Assembly (NCBI GenBank): GCA_028534125.1
Contig: CM052832.1
Span: 21,702,001-21,766,000, forward strand
Source of the DNA: Lama glama
Lineage: Eukaryota
Reading direction: 5' to 3'
DNA: 64,000 nucleotides
Shown: piece by piece, positions 38,441 to 52,719 of the stretch
How positions within the stretch are numbered: the stretch's first letter is position 1
Layout: each line of letters begins with the position of its first letter
Program-made: the position numbers and the translations under genes
The notes under the pieces: model-generated
Databases searched by the model: none
What the model saw: only the letters and a program-made list of their open reading frames with translations
Told to the model about the DNA's origin: nothing

Positions 38441-39729
38441 AGTACAGCAGGATTCCTTTGTGGTACCCGATGGCTGTGGAAGTGGGGCCAGATCACTCCC
38501 GAGCCACACGTACTTGGAGTGCATTGTCTTACCCTCCCAATAAATCCTTTCAGAGTGGTGTGCTTTGGGGAACAGGGCTGCAAGTTTTAACAAAGATGCC
38601 AAAACATACAACTCTAAGAAACACAGTGTGTGGATTGGACTGTTAAAGAGACGTTGTTGACCCACTAGCTTTCTCAGGACTCCCTACAAGAACACACACA
38701 GGAACATTTTCTTTCAAATCTAATGCCCAGTCAGGTTGCTTTTTTCCCTTATAGACAATAAGCTTTCAAGAAGTTCGGAGTCAAAACTGCATATGTGACC
38801 ATGGCCTACTTTCCCATGTTCCAATTCCACACTAAGTCTGGACTTTTCTCCTCTGTTTTCCCGGGGTCTCATTATTTTACCTATTTTTCATACTTTCTTG
38901 CATACTTGCAGGGTTGTTTCATGGAACAAAATAAGAGTTTAAAAAAAATCACCAATAACAGTGGGAGACTGATGACACTCTAGTTTCCCTAAGAATGGAT
39001 AGAAAAAGGTATTCCCAGAAGCTCCAAATTTTTTTGTACTTTGGATTATATGTACCCCAAACTATGAAAACTCAGAGAATTATGAACAGATGTCATTCCG
39101 TACAGCAGCCTTGGGACCATATCCTTGTTCCCACAGCAAAGATAAGCTTTTTGTTTGGTTATCAGCAAACCTCACCACTGGCCTCCCTATTTTATAAAAA
39201 GAAAATTAAAGGCTGATAATCATAATGTATTGTTATCGCTGCTTTTCTAAAGCATGTGTCTATGAGGAGAAACATGAACTGTTTCTAATAAATATTCAAT
39301 AAATATTTGTTAATAAATGGCAAAATAACAACTATATAGTTCCAACAGTTACTTCAGTTTAAGAGTCACTGTTTGGTTTCTTTCTTTCATAGACCTCTAG
39401 CATCACATAAACCTTAAGATTCAGAATGGCAAGTAGACTTCATCTAGAATATTAAGCATAATCAAACAGCAGTGGCTAATAAGAACTCTGAATTGAGAGG
39501 GATTCTGCAGAGAAACCCTGGTTGATTGCTAAAATACGCCCAGAGCTAGAAAGGTGGGTGGGAGGAAGTGGGCAGCACAAGGCTGTCAATTTGCTGACAC
39601 CACCCTGACACATAACGGATGTTTTCAAAATCCAAAGGTATTTAAGCTTGAAGGCTCACTGATTGTTGCCATCTGAAGACTTCTGTATACTTTAATTTTT
39701 ACTAGTCCAACTGGCTACTCTGTCCTCCT

Positions 39730-39830
39730 AAACTAGGAGGAGCTCCTCGAAGACAAGGACCATGCCTTTTCCATCCTTTTAATTCTCACACAGCACAGTA
39801 AACACTCAGTAAAATGTCAGTTGACCCTTT
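39730..39830 (+). mobile_element. L2 3' terminal fragment
   Basis: 'gagctcctcgaagacaaggaccatgcc...cagcacagtaaacactcagtaaaatg...ttga'. Confidence 0.65.
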
Positions 39831-40439
39831 TGTGATACCTGGAGATAACTAAAATCATTGAGCCTTTTAACTGAAATAAGCACCACTGGATTTTGAAACC
39901 AGCCATTAACTAGGAGGGTAATATCAGCACATTAGCAGCACTGCACTTAACTGCCTCTTCAACCTTCCTACCTCAGCTCCATTCTTTATAAACCAACCAG
40001 GGTTTCCTCCTAACGGTCCCTCTCAGTAGAGGTTGAGAGGGTCTGTTCATCTAACAGCTTCAACCAAAAAACTATCTAGAACTACTGGCTCTCAATTCTA
40101 GTCCTCAACTCTGGCTTATATGGTAGGATCACCTCTATTTTAGACAAAACAGGGCCCCCAATCCACAGAAATGATGATACAATTGCCAGCCATGGGACAT
40201 GGACGTAAGTATGGTTTTGGTTTTTCAAATTTCCAACTGACTAAAATGAACAGTCAGGCTGAGAACACTGATCTGTTCTAGATCAACATTCATTCCTAAA
40301 AACTACAGCCTTCTCTTGTGAATTTGTGCCGTGTATTAGCACATTAGAGATAAAAGGAAGCTGGCAAAACAGTCTTATTTAAGTGAGCTTTCCCCAGAGT
40401 TGACCACTGAACACTTTCATCCGTAACTCCTGTTCTAAA

Positions 40440-40602
40440 CACGGTTTCACCAGAACTCAGCCACACCATCCACTCATGCACTGTTTGGGGCTGTTTTCAC
40501 GCTACAAGGACAAAAGTGGACACTTGCAACAGAGGTCTTACAGCCCATGAAGCCTAGAATACTCTACCATCTGGCCCTTTAAGAAAACGCCTGCCAGCTC
40601 TG
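40440..40602. mobile_element. MER58A-like hAT-Charlie element
   Basis: 'gaactcagccac...ggctgttttcacgctacaa...ttgcaacagag...aagcctagaata...accatctggccctttaagaaaa...tgccagctctg'. Confidence 0.8.
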
Positions 40603-43600
40603 GACCGGTGTATAAAGGAACACACCAGAGAAATACTCATCTGCACCAGCCGGTTCAGCCTGCATCCTAAAGACTCTGAGAAAAGGCCACAGGAGCGAGG
40701 GCTCATTAAACTGGGCCCCACCTCTACTTCAATCACAGCAGTTCTGCTTTTACTTTTCCAATTTCATTTGAAGAAAGAGTTCCTTTATTGCTAAGAAAAC
40801 TCTGCACACTACTGACTTAGAAACTCAAAGGTCTGAAGAGATAAGAGTCAAGTAACTTATACTCTGGTCTGCCATAGAGAGCCTTAACTAACACACTATG
40901 AAATCAAAGTGATAAATCTCGGTTTATTTAAATTGAGTATCTGATAAACAGCTATTTAGACATCCTATCCCTATCAAGTTATATGTATTATGTACATTAC
41001 ATTTATTTCGCTCTCTCATTAAAATTCCTTTAAAAGTCACATTTCAATATTTTATTTGGCGGTTTTGTAAAAATCAACAGAAGAAAAGGCCATGTGGAGA
41101 CTGTATCTTGAAATTCTGTATCTTACCAGCTAAAGGCATTTCTGTTATATTTGTCAATGTCTCTTAGAAAAGGACATATGAAAATAAACCTTCATATTTA
41201 CAGCCTCATTATAAACTATATACTTCCTTTTATACACCCATATCAAATTATATAAATCACCCTATTTCCTTATGCTTTGAAAGAGCCACGATTTACCAGT
41301 TGGTAAAACTATCTTCCCTCTTTCAAAACACAATACAGCGTTTATACAGCCTTTATTTTCATGGTCTATTACATACAATCATTTAATGTAAGTTGCCTAA
41401 AGTTCTTTTTTATAAGTTGACAATGTGTAACAAAAATGTACATTAACATTATTAATCCTACAGAAGAAACAGATTTCTGAATTTGAACACAGCACAAATG
41501 AAAAGATAAAGGAATAAAAGAGACACAAATAAGTGCCATAGAAATTAAAGGATGCAATTATTGGTCTCTTTTTGATCTTAGATGAAAATCAGTATTTGGT
41601 AATCACTGCGACAGATGATAAGTCAAATGCGGCTTGATGTAAACCATACAATTCAGCTTATACACCAAAATATCAAATATTGTTCATATCCTTTACTACC
41701 TAAAAGGGCAGAAGCAATGTCTTCCAGCTATGTTGCATAATTAATCTTATACACAACAGACAGTATCTTTCCAAGTCTTGAAATAAAACAGAATCCATTT
41801 CTTAAAATCCCAACATTAATCCTAAAATCACGAAGCATCAAGAAATTTCCTCCTTGCTCTGAATATTTCATCTTAATTTATTTACCTTTCCATCACTGGT
41901 TTATGCCAGTTATCTTGGGGGGGGGGGCGGGGTGGTTCAGATTTATGAGGAAGAAAAAAAAGTACCAACAGAGAAATGAGATCTAGAAAAGCACACAAGA
42001 GCTATAAAAACAGCTCATCCATCATCTCTACATTTTGATTCCAGAGACAGCAGTGAAAGGTGTTGTTTCCACACCACTCACCCAGCACACTTAAAAAGGT
42101 TTGCTCCATCACTTATACAACTGAAACTGACTGATTAGCTGCTAGAGAAAAATCAATACAAATATCCTAGAAAACACTAGCTTGTAAATTCATTCTGGCC
42201 CCAACAAAGTCCTGGTCACTGCTTGACATGTTTTTCTAGATATCTAAAATGTAACCATGTCAAACTCCAGCCCCCAGAGACTATTATGCCAAGGAATTTT
42301 TAAAGCCTAAAGCTCGACACAGGTAAGGAGGGGAGGGGGACGCTTCCCAACGGTCTGTTAGGACAATGAGATGATACCCAGAAGTTAACCTGGTAAATCC
42401 TACACTCACACGTGGAACTGCCCACAAAAATGATACAACACACTGAGAAGGTAAAAATAGTCAATGAAAATGTCAAGGGGACTAGGCTGAGTGACAGAAA
42501 AAGAGAACAAAAGCTAAGAAACAATGAAATATAAACTAAATACCATTCAAAAGTTAATGAGCTCCCTTTCCCACTTTTGGGCAGCTAAATGTAAAATCAG
42601 CATGTTAATACTTTAGAAAACCACTTTACATTCAGAATGATTTCATGATTATTTAAGAAACTCTGCTGAATGCTCCCTTGCCTTTGGGTTAGCCCTACTC
42701 TCTTCATTCTTTAGACTTCTAAGAAATAAATGTTTATGAATAGAAAATGTTTCATAAATATGCTACTCTGAAAGAAACCGTGATCTTACTGTATAGTCTG
42801 TCATATGACCGGTAACCAGGGTTCTAATCTCCATACCACAACTGGTGTAGAGTTTTTAAAAATCATCTTGTATTTGTGACACACAGTCATTTAAAAATTT
42901 TTTAAAAAGAAAGGGAGGAAATGCAGTTTTTCAGGACGGGAAATTTCACGTGCACTGACAAGAGTGGCTTTAAACATAGCACAAAAATTTACTGGCAGCA
43001 TCTTTAGACTTTTCATCTGAGAGTAACTTTTAAAAACCGTAACGTTTATTATTGATTATAGGACAATTTAACAATAGTATCATGCAGAATTTAAGGGGTT
43101 GTGAAGTAAAAATAATCCTAATATCTGATCTATTAAAGAACTAAATAAGCAAAAGTCACAGAAATAAGAAAATGAGTTATTTCTTCTATGATATTTACCT
43201 TCATAATTATTCTTCACAATTTTAAAACTCAACTATAGGAATTCTGTAAGACCATTATGATCTCAATGTCTTCTGTAGAAAAAAAAAAAGATAATGCTGC
43301 TAACTCAAGTCTTTAAAATGTGAACTTACAGACAGCTATTTTCTATAGTGGGAAGAAAACGTAAGATCATCCTTAGCAGTTCTCAAATTACGAAAATAAA
43401 AGGTAACTGTCATCCTAAGTAGCTTCTATTGATAGAGACATTTTTCATAAAACATATTTTATAAGCAAAATTAAATCTGTCATTCGACTCTGGTCATTAA
43501 TGTCTGTTACAGATGTTCCAATATTCTCACTCAAAATTAGACTTCTCTTCTTGGATTTATTTTAAATTCCTTCAGTTCAAGTAACATGTCTCCTTCCTCA

Positions 43601-43629
43601 TAATAAGGACCCAGCCAGTTACTACCTGT

Positions 43630-43770
43630 AAGTTATCTCAAATTCTAACAACCAGCAACACTAAATATCATAGTAATGAGAAAACCATGGCTTGTTGAGG
43701 TCAAGTATCTTGGTCAGATCACGTGGCTGGTATGTAACAGAGCAGTGTTTTAAATTCAGACTCTTCTAGG
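43630..43770 (-). mobile_element. MIR SINE fragment
   Basis: 'atgagaaaaccatggct...gaggtcaagtatcttg..cagatcacgtggctggta...cagagcag'. Confidence 0.65.
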
Positions 43771-44757
43771 CAAAGAGCATCAAATACTCATGACTTAACA
43801 TTTTCCAAAACACACTGGCTTACCTACAAAGTTAGGACCTTAATATTTCAGTAATACTACCACAAATCAATCTAATGAGCTCCCAAGTCCAAAAACTAGC
43901 TTTCCATTTCAACTCTAATATACAGATAACAAGACAACAGAAAACTTTATATTGCAGTCCATGATTGGGAAGAGCAAAGGAGATTGTCTGTCTGTCTGTC
44001 TGTCGATCTATCTACCGCTGCTGCTGAAAGTAATACCAAATAAATCTCTTCTAATATTTTCTCTGCTAACCTCTTATATATGCTTTGAATCACCCACTTT
44101 AACCAACTAACCCACTTGGACATGACAGTATTATCTAACAACTAAATGCAGACCAAAGTAACACACTGTACCTTGGATGCTCAGAGGGCATTTTTAAGAT
44201 AAATCAGACAGCTAAGGTAGATATCTTAGGAATAATTCTGTAATCAGTTCATAGCAACTATATTTATTCCTTTCTTCTTAAATCACGCACAATACACAAT
44301 ATACAAATGTAAATAGTAAGTCATGAAGCAATCACATCAAGTAGTTAAACACAGGTTACAGGTGAGGATAGATATGAGGGAACCAAGAGAATATTTTTAC
44401 TTCCTACACAGTAATTTAAGAGTTTCATATTTTTCAAAAAAAATTTCAGAGTAAAATGAGTACAATTTTAAACAACTGCACTTAGAAATACATAATGTTG
44501 AAAAATTGTCTCAAAGAAACTAACTTGTATGTCTTCCAATTTGCAGAGTTTGGTGGCTAGATTATGTAGGTTTAATATCTCCATTATCCAACAAATATTT
44601 GGAAAAAACACACAGCAATTAAGCATGCCAGCAAAGGCATCACTTCTCAAATAAAGTAAGGTTCTGTGCAAATTCATGTCTTTTCTGAAAAATCCTTAAA
44701 GTAGTGATGTTGTAGAAAAGACAACCAGATAGACTTTTCCTCAGATTAGACAATTAC

Positions 44758-44763
44758 CTGGCT
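44758..44763 (-). other. Candidate 6-nt microexon (AGCCAG)
   Basis: Minus strand reads tcttgtaattgttctgtttcag|AGCCAG|gtaattg: pyrimidine-rich acceptor, strong donor, length a multiple of 3, in repeat-poor unique sequence. Motif evidence only. Confidence 0.4.
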
Positions 44764-47214
44764 CTGAAACAGAACAATTACAAGATTCAATGAGTTTCCA
44801 TTTATTTGTCTTTCAATACAAGTTGAATGTGAACAGAGGGGGGACTGTGTTAAGAATATTAAAGTAGAAAGTAATTGTTGAGATGTGTTAAATTAATCAA
44901 GGGTATTTTTCTCTGTTATAAAGAACACTTCAAATTCATGTTGATAAAAGCTTTAGACTAAATGTGTGTGGAACTCCTAATTTCTGAGATTTAGAGTGTG
45001 AAGTACTGAAAGTAACTTCAGTTTTAGCAAGTTACTTGCTAAAAGGAAAAGTACTTTGCCAATAATTATTAACCCACAAGATTATGAAACAATAGGTTAT
45101 CTCATGTTGATTATGAAAACACACCAATGTTATATACACATATTATAAACAAAGACAAAAGAGGAAGTTTATGATTATGTGTCAACACAACTATGACTCA
45201 TATTAAAGATTAAGTCTCACTATACACTAAGAGATACCTAGATAATCACATTTTCCAGCAAGTGATGATTCAGAAGTAGCTGGCAACCCACACAAAGAAT
45301 TATTCCCATGAGGACTCAACCAGCACCACTCTTTCCTGGTCCAAGAGTCCTGTGGATGAGGGGGTTACCTCTTTTGGGTCATAGCAAAAGCTACCTTCTC
45401 TTCCCTAGACTCCCAGAAACCCCTAATAGCTCTATTTTCTAAATGGTCCAAAAACTATCAAAGAAAGGTATAGAAATCTTGGAAAATATTTCACTCAGTC
45501 CACAAAAGTCTTCACACACACCAGAAGGTCATGGATTTCTGGGTGTTTTTATTTATTTATTTATTTAGGTCTTTTTTCCATAAAGGTGATAAAGTTCAAA
45601 ATATGTCACTTACCTTAAAGTCACAAGAAAATGGAGCAGTGGTGAAAGAAGTTATGTGAATACCATAACCTGATTGATTGAATCTGGTAACAACCATTAG
45701 ATAAGCTGGAATAAATATATGTAAACTCTTCAGAAAGCTAAGGAAGCATGAGAAAGTGAAAGTGAAGTGTTTCTTAGAAGTTATAGTTTATTAAGGAGAC
45801 TAAATCACACAGAATCCTAGGAACTCTTACCTTGAAAAGACTGCTTGGCTCTATCAACTAGTTCATCAATCAGGTAACTGGCCAAATTTCCTCTGGCGTG
45901 TTTAGTTTTGCAGTAGGTACAAGCATTGAGACACCTGTTCAAATGATAAAAATATACAAAGTTATATTTTTAAAGACAGTGCACATTTAACATGGGGAAA
46001 AAATATCCAAAACATACCCCCAAAATGCTGTTTTGGTATCATTTGCCAGTTTATATAAGACATATTTTTTAAATGATTATCTACGAAGCTTCATACTTAA
46101 TTTATTTCCACCAAGCACAGAATGTTGCAATTTGCAATTCTTTTAAGTTTCAACTATTCAAGAAAGATTGTACAAATCACATAATAGTATAGTTAAATGT
46201 ACACATTAATATGGAACAAAGATAATAAATGCACAATAATTATTAAAGGTCCACACTTTTTAAAATCATTGACATTTCTTTGGCTATCATAAAACTAAAA
46301 TTCTATTATTACTTAAATATACTGTATTTTTCAGAAATGAAAAGCTTTTCATTCAACTTTTAACTAATGATACAAGAATAAATAGGCAATATAGAAAATA
46401 CATCCTTAGAAATCTTCAGATAATATTTTTCACTCTTTAAAATCAGAAAAAAAATTAAAACATATTCAGTGAATGCTCTTTGGGGTTGTATTAGTCAAAG
46501 TAAAGAAGCAGAATGATAATATTAGTTTAAAAAAACTAAAAAGTAGAATTATTTCCCAACAGACTTTAGACATGATAAAGAATCATCTTTTAAAAACTAA
46601 AATGTTGGTTCTACTTTTATAATTTTAAAATACAGTTTCAATAAACTTTCTTATTTAAAAACAATTATACACAATAAAATATTCCCATGCCAAAAACATA
46701 AGGCTGAATAACATTGAACAAAACAAAGAGTAACTTCACATGAGTGATTCAATCGCTGTAATAGTAAGGTTTTAAAAGACAATCATTATACAAATGCTTT
46801 CAAATTCAAACTGAGGAAAATCAAACTTTTAATAATTGTAACTGGCCAGTGTGTAATTTTGTTAATATATAACTTTAAAATGCATATAAATCATTGTACT
46901 CAGGAAGCAACTACACAGTGCTTAATTTCTAATTATTTTTGCATGGAACTCTAAAGTAAAATAACACATACAGTTCGATTTTTAACTGTTTAACTAAATA
47001 CAACCTTAAACAGCTAACATCCCTTTCTTCCTAAACCATTTACATAAAAACACACACACGTACAAACTGTGCTGTCTCTCTTATGAACAGAAGTTCTAGT
47101 CTCCCAGTTGTTGTATGTCTTCTCTTTTCAATTCTCATCCATTCCAGAACAATGGGGAAAAGAAAACTGGGTTTTTTTGGCTGTTTCTTGGGAGAGTAAC
47201 TTACTTTTCTTTAG

Positions 47215-47331
47215 CCCTGACTGAGCACCAAAACACTGAGATGTTTTGCATACATTACCTCATTTAACTCTTCTAGAGTTGGGTATTACTATCTCCATCT
47301 TACAAAGAATATGCTTCCAAAAAGTCAGATA
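47215..47331 (-). mobile_element. MIR SINE, left part (interrupted by L1; right part about 49492-49590)
   Basis: 'tacattacctcatttaactctt...gggtattactatctccatcttacaaa' continues after the L1 as 'aagtaacttgtttaaga...aaattcaaatctaggtctg'. Confidence 0.7.
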
Positions 47332-49470
47332 ATACAGTTGATTTCACAGAAATAAAAAGGAGCATAAGATACTACCAGAACAACTACACAACAACAAATT
47401 GGACAACCTAGCAGAAATAAATTCCTTAAAACACACAGCCTAACAAGACTAAATCATGATCTCATTTACAAAAGCATAAAAAACAACAAAATATCAAGGA
47501 CTAAATTTAACCAAGAAAGTGAAAAATCTGTATACTGAAAGGTTTAAGATACCGATGAAAGAAATTAAAAAAAAAAAAAACACAAATAAGTGGAAAGACA
47601 TCCTGTGCTCATGGACTGAATACTTAATATTGTTAAAATGTTGATACTACCCAGAGCTAACTAAGATTCAATGCAATCTTATCAAGATTCTAATGACATT
47701 TTTTACAGAAATAGGAAAAAAAATCCTAAAATTCATTTAGAAACTAAAAAGACACCAAACAGCCAAAGCAATCCTGAGAAAAAATAAAGTTGGAGGCTTC
47801 ACAATTCCCCACTTCAAACCATATTACAAAACTATAGTAATCAAAACAGTATGGTGCTGGTGTAAAAACAGGCAAATAGATCAATGTAAGAGAACTGAGA
47901 GCCCTGAATAATCCCTTGTATACACAGTCAACTAATATCTGACAAAGGAACCAAGAATACTCAATGGAGAAAAGATAGTCTACTCAATAAATGGTGCTGG
48001 GAAAACTGGATATTCACATGCAAAAGAATGAAAATAGATTGCTAACATACATCACTGACAAGAATTAATTCAAAATGAATTAAAGACTTAAATTTAAGAT
48101 CAGACACCATAAAACTCCTAGAAGAAAACACAGGGGAAAAACTCCTTGACATTGTTCTTGGCAATTATTTTTTGGATGTGACACTTTTAAAGCACAAGTA
48201 ACAGACGTAAAAATAAACAAGTTGGACTGTATCAAACTAAAAAGCTTCTGCACAGTAAAAGAAAGAATCAACAAAATGAAAAGGCAAGCAACAGAACGGG
48301 AGAAAATATTTACAAACCACATGTCTGATTCATAATAAGTGATTCATAGTATTTGATTAGTATTCCATAATAAGGGATTCAAAACATCTGACAATAGGTC
48401 AATATACAAAATATATAAAGATCCCATACAGCTCAATAGCAAATAATAAAAACCCAATTTTAAGATGGCTAATGAATATGAATAGACATTTTTCCAAAGA
48501 AAATATTCAAATGCACAAGAAAAGATACTCAACATCACTAACCATCAAGAAAATGCACATCAAAACCAAAATGAGATCCCCTCACACCTGTCAGAAAGGC
48601 TGTTTTCAAAAAGACAAGAGTCAAAAAGAGCTGGCAAGGATGCAGATAAAAGGGAACCCTTGTAAGCATTAATGGTGGGAATGGAAACATATAGCCACCA
48701 TGAAAAAATAGTATACAGGTTCCTCAAAAATTAAAAACATAACTATCATATGATCCAGCAATTCCATTTCTGGGTATATATACAAAGGAGATGAAATCAT
48801 TGTCTCAAAGAGGTGGCTGCAACCTCATTTTCATTGCAGCATTATTTTCAATAGCCAACATATGGAAACAACCTAAGTATTCTTCAACAAATGAATGGAT
48901 GAAGAAAATGTGATACCTTTATACAATGTGATATTCAGCCATTAAAAAGGACAACCCTTTCATTTGCGACAACATGGATGAATCTTGAGGGCATTATGCT
49001 AACTGAAATAAGTTAGCCAGAGAAAGAAAACTACCGTGTGATCTCACTCATTTGTGGAATCTAAAAACAAACAAATACCGAAAAAAAAAAAAACTTCATA
49101 CAAACAAATAACAGATTGGTGGTTGCCAGAGGGGGAATCGGGGGCAAGGGTGTGGAAGAAAAGGGTGAAGGAAGTCTAAAGGTATAAACAACTCATTATA
49201 AAATAAATGAATTCTGGAGATGTAATGTACAGCAAGGCAACTATAGTTTATCAGCACGGTTTTGAGATCTGAAAGATGCTAAGAAAACAGAACTGAAAAG
49301 TTCTCCTTACAAGAAAAAAATCTGATTATGTAAAATGAGGGATATTAACTAAACTTACTGTGGTAAACATTTCACAGTATATACATACATCAAATAATTA
49401 TGCAAATAACTATGTTGTGCATCTTAAACTTATACAAAGTTCTGTATCAATGATATCTCAGTAAAACTGT
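47332..49470 (+). mobile_element. L1MA9-like element: ORF2 3' part plus 3'UTR, decayed
   Basis: ORF2-like peptide at 48472..48672 ('MNRHFSKENIQMHKKRYSTSL'). 3'UTR 'ctggagatgtaatgtacagca...aacttactgtggtaaacatttcacagtatatacatacatcaaa...tatctcagtaaaactg'. Confidence 0.92.
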
Positions 49471-52400
49471 GTGTGTTTAGGGGTGGGGAGGAATCAGGTA
49501 AGTAACTTGTTTAAGACATGTAACAGCTGAAATTCAAATCTAGGTCTGCCAAATCTCAAATTCCCTGCTATTTCCACTCTAAGTTGCCTCCTCAGAATTA
49601 ATGTGTATCAGATATCCTAGCTACAGACAAGTGCAGATGAGATGCAGTAACAAGAGAGGCAATCACTCGACATGAGCTCTAGAGTGATGCGGCACATCTA
49701 TTTAAAGACATGGCCAGAAGGCACCATCCTGTGGATGGAAACATTATAAAATGTGTTTCTCTCTTTCATTCTTTGGAAATCTAAGGCTAGGCTTCTTGGC
49801 CAGCCACTGGCCCAAACGAGTTACTTCACCCTTGTTTTCAAGTTCTGTTTCTCATCCAACTGCTGCTCTGTGGCAGAATGTGTCGCCTTATTTGTCTTGG
49901 CGTGTTTTTAACATCCTACTGCTCAGGTTCTCCAAGCTGACAGCTCTCTGTGCCCTCCTGCTCAGCAGCTCCAGGATCCACTGGAGACAGCGGGCCCCCA
50001 CCTGATTCATTCACCTGCGATTCCCCCCATGACTGCCATGCACTCCAGTGAAATCACCACCCTTCCCGGGAAGCTGCTCTCTATCCCAATACCACTCAGG
50101 TCTCCTGACCCGTTTCTCTTATTCCTCCTGTCCCAACAGAGCTCCACAAATTAAGTGGATAATCTTAATAAAAGCTACTACTGTTTCTAACTTGGGCTAT
50201 TTCTTAGAAGTAACTTTCTTAGGGGACACCAGCCTACAGAAGGGGAAGGAAAACAGACTGGAAATGTGTACTTCAAATATTTGTAACATAAATGAATTCA
50301 CACACAGAAAATACACAGAACACTGCCTGCACCTACCAAGTGACTGGTAAGTATTGGCCAACGGTGGTTTAATGTGACTTCTAAACAATTCTGTGAGGAA
50401 GTAATCCTGCACTGGCATCGTCCAGGTGTACCTAACTTTATGAAACAGATGTGTTGCTGATACACTGACTTAAATCAACTGTGGAAACCAAATCATATTT
50501 TCCTACTGGCTCAGTTAATAAAGGTGGAAATGTAGCCCCCATGGGAAGTCACTAACGAAAGGGTACTCCAAAGTTTAAATAAAACAAGGTGATATTTGGA
50601 AACATTTACAATACTCAAAATAAGCCAGTAAGTATTAATATTACATTAAAGATTCAAACTATTCTTCACTAAACTGCTCCCTTGGGGCTAATCAGAGTTG
50701 CTGATGTGATATATTTCTGAAGTTCTAAATTGTTTATTGTATAATATGGGTTCATCCTTATCTGCAGTTACCAAAATAATATTTTATATTATTTCAATAA
50801 ACTGAAAATTTCTACACAGTGCATTTTTAAGCATAACAGCACTAATTCAAGCAATAAATCTGCTATGTCTTACAGTGAAAAATGAGAGAGATTTCTTATA
50901 ATACACAGGAAAAATAAGCAACACAAAATCAGAAAAGAAAGAAAAAGCTTTTGATGCTATTTGGTTTAAAAACAATTTTCTGAATAACCAGGAGTTGTGA
51001 TACCGATCATTTTGACATGACATGTCTCCAACAAAATAAAGGGATTCATCATAGAGACCTCTATTAGTTTCAGTTATCTGTAAACAATTAAATAATTGTC
51101 TTAAGAATAAGAACACTGAGCCAGTTTCTTCAACCGTCAGAAAACAAAAGATCTTTGAGGGCTGACTGCTGAAAGCCAAAACCAAGAAGAGATGGTTGCT
51201 GAAGTGCAAGGAGGATGCAAACTCCTGAACAGACACAGCCTGTTGTGATGGAAGGATACAGCCAGACACTACACCTACTCATCTCTGCACAGGTTGTTAT
51301 CTGGCACCAGGCCAAGAAATAACTAAAAAAACCTCAAAAGGAGAGACAGACTAGGCATTTAATTTTAGCAGTATTACTCTGAAATCTTAAAAAGCATCTG
51401 TGGTAGAATGTTTTTAAACTACAGAAACTAAACAAATGGAATCACTACGAATTTCCAGAAATTAAAGTATTTTAAAGGGTTCAAATGCATGAGAACATGT
51501 CAATTGGATACCTGAACCACATAAAGCAAAGGAAAATAAAAAATTTTAATAAATTATGTTTTTTCCTTCTAAAGTGCATCTTTAGATACCACAAGTTTGG
51601 GAATAATTTAAGAATCAGAGTTACACTTTTAAAAATTCTGATACCTTATGTTACTGGGCAGGGGAAGCTCATGAGACTCAGGATTCTGCTCCTCCCTACT
51701 TAGGGTCAAAGACTAAAATTTTAAATATGCAAAAACCATTGTGGACTCCAACATTAGCACTTCAAACTAACATATTCTGTGCCACTCACATAATGTAATC
51801 CTTATTTATTTTTAATCAGTTGAATTAAAACTGATTATACTTTTTCTCAAAGCTTTAAATATAATCTTTACATTATATTTCTTATAAAGTGTAATCATTC
51901 TCAAAGCTTTAATTTTATAAAATAAGCCCTTCATAGAACAAAACTTTGGAAAAAAAAAATCACACTGTAGCCCAGCTATATTCTTCCATATGGAAGCATC
52001 AGGAAGCAAAGAAAAAAAACAAAAACTCAACAAACAAATGGTTCACACACTGTAGGCTGTGACAGACTTGACTGTTAAATATAGCCTATTGTGAACCCTC
52101 ATCATAATTCTTAAAGTATTTAAAAGTATTTCCAGGAAAATTACAACCTTTTTGATCTTTTAAACAAATACAAAAGATATTCTTATCAGTAAAATCTGGT
52201 TGGATCTTCAAATGATAATTCCTGTTTTTCAAGATCAAAAAGCAAAGGAAAAGTAACACACCTGAGAAACTAGCAGAATACAACATTGAACAGCTTCCGG
52301 TGGCTGGGACTCCTCCCCTGTAAAACGAGATCTCTCCACCTGAGTTACTGCCTCAATCTCCAACTGGAAAATCTCATTCTAATAAGTACTGGCTCTGCCT

Positions 52401-52719
52401 TTAACTGTACCCTTTCTGGAATTCTTTTCCTTCTTTTCCTTCTTGGTTGTTTGGCAAACCCAGCTGCTAACATTTCTTCTGTTTGTATTAAATTCAAAAA
52501 AATTGCAGCTACTTTTCCCCCTTATCCTATCCCCATTAGCTGCTGGGCTACACCCTTTGCTTCAAAAAGTTGTGTCAACATATTTAAACTCTGTACCCTT
52601 GTATCTCATGCCCTTTACAAAGAGATATCCTTATTATCACCACCCATCAATCTCTGTGAAAATCATCACCACCTTTAAAATCACCTGGGGGAAGGGGGAG
52701 TTGCTAATAATAGTAAAAG

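Noticed and set aside
52262..52317. Possible small minus-strand exon GGGAGGAGTCC...TCTCAG
   Set aside because: Weak donor (gtgtgt), 56 nt is not frame-preserving, and there is no other support.
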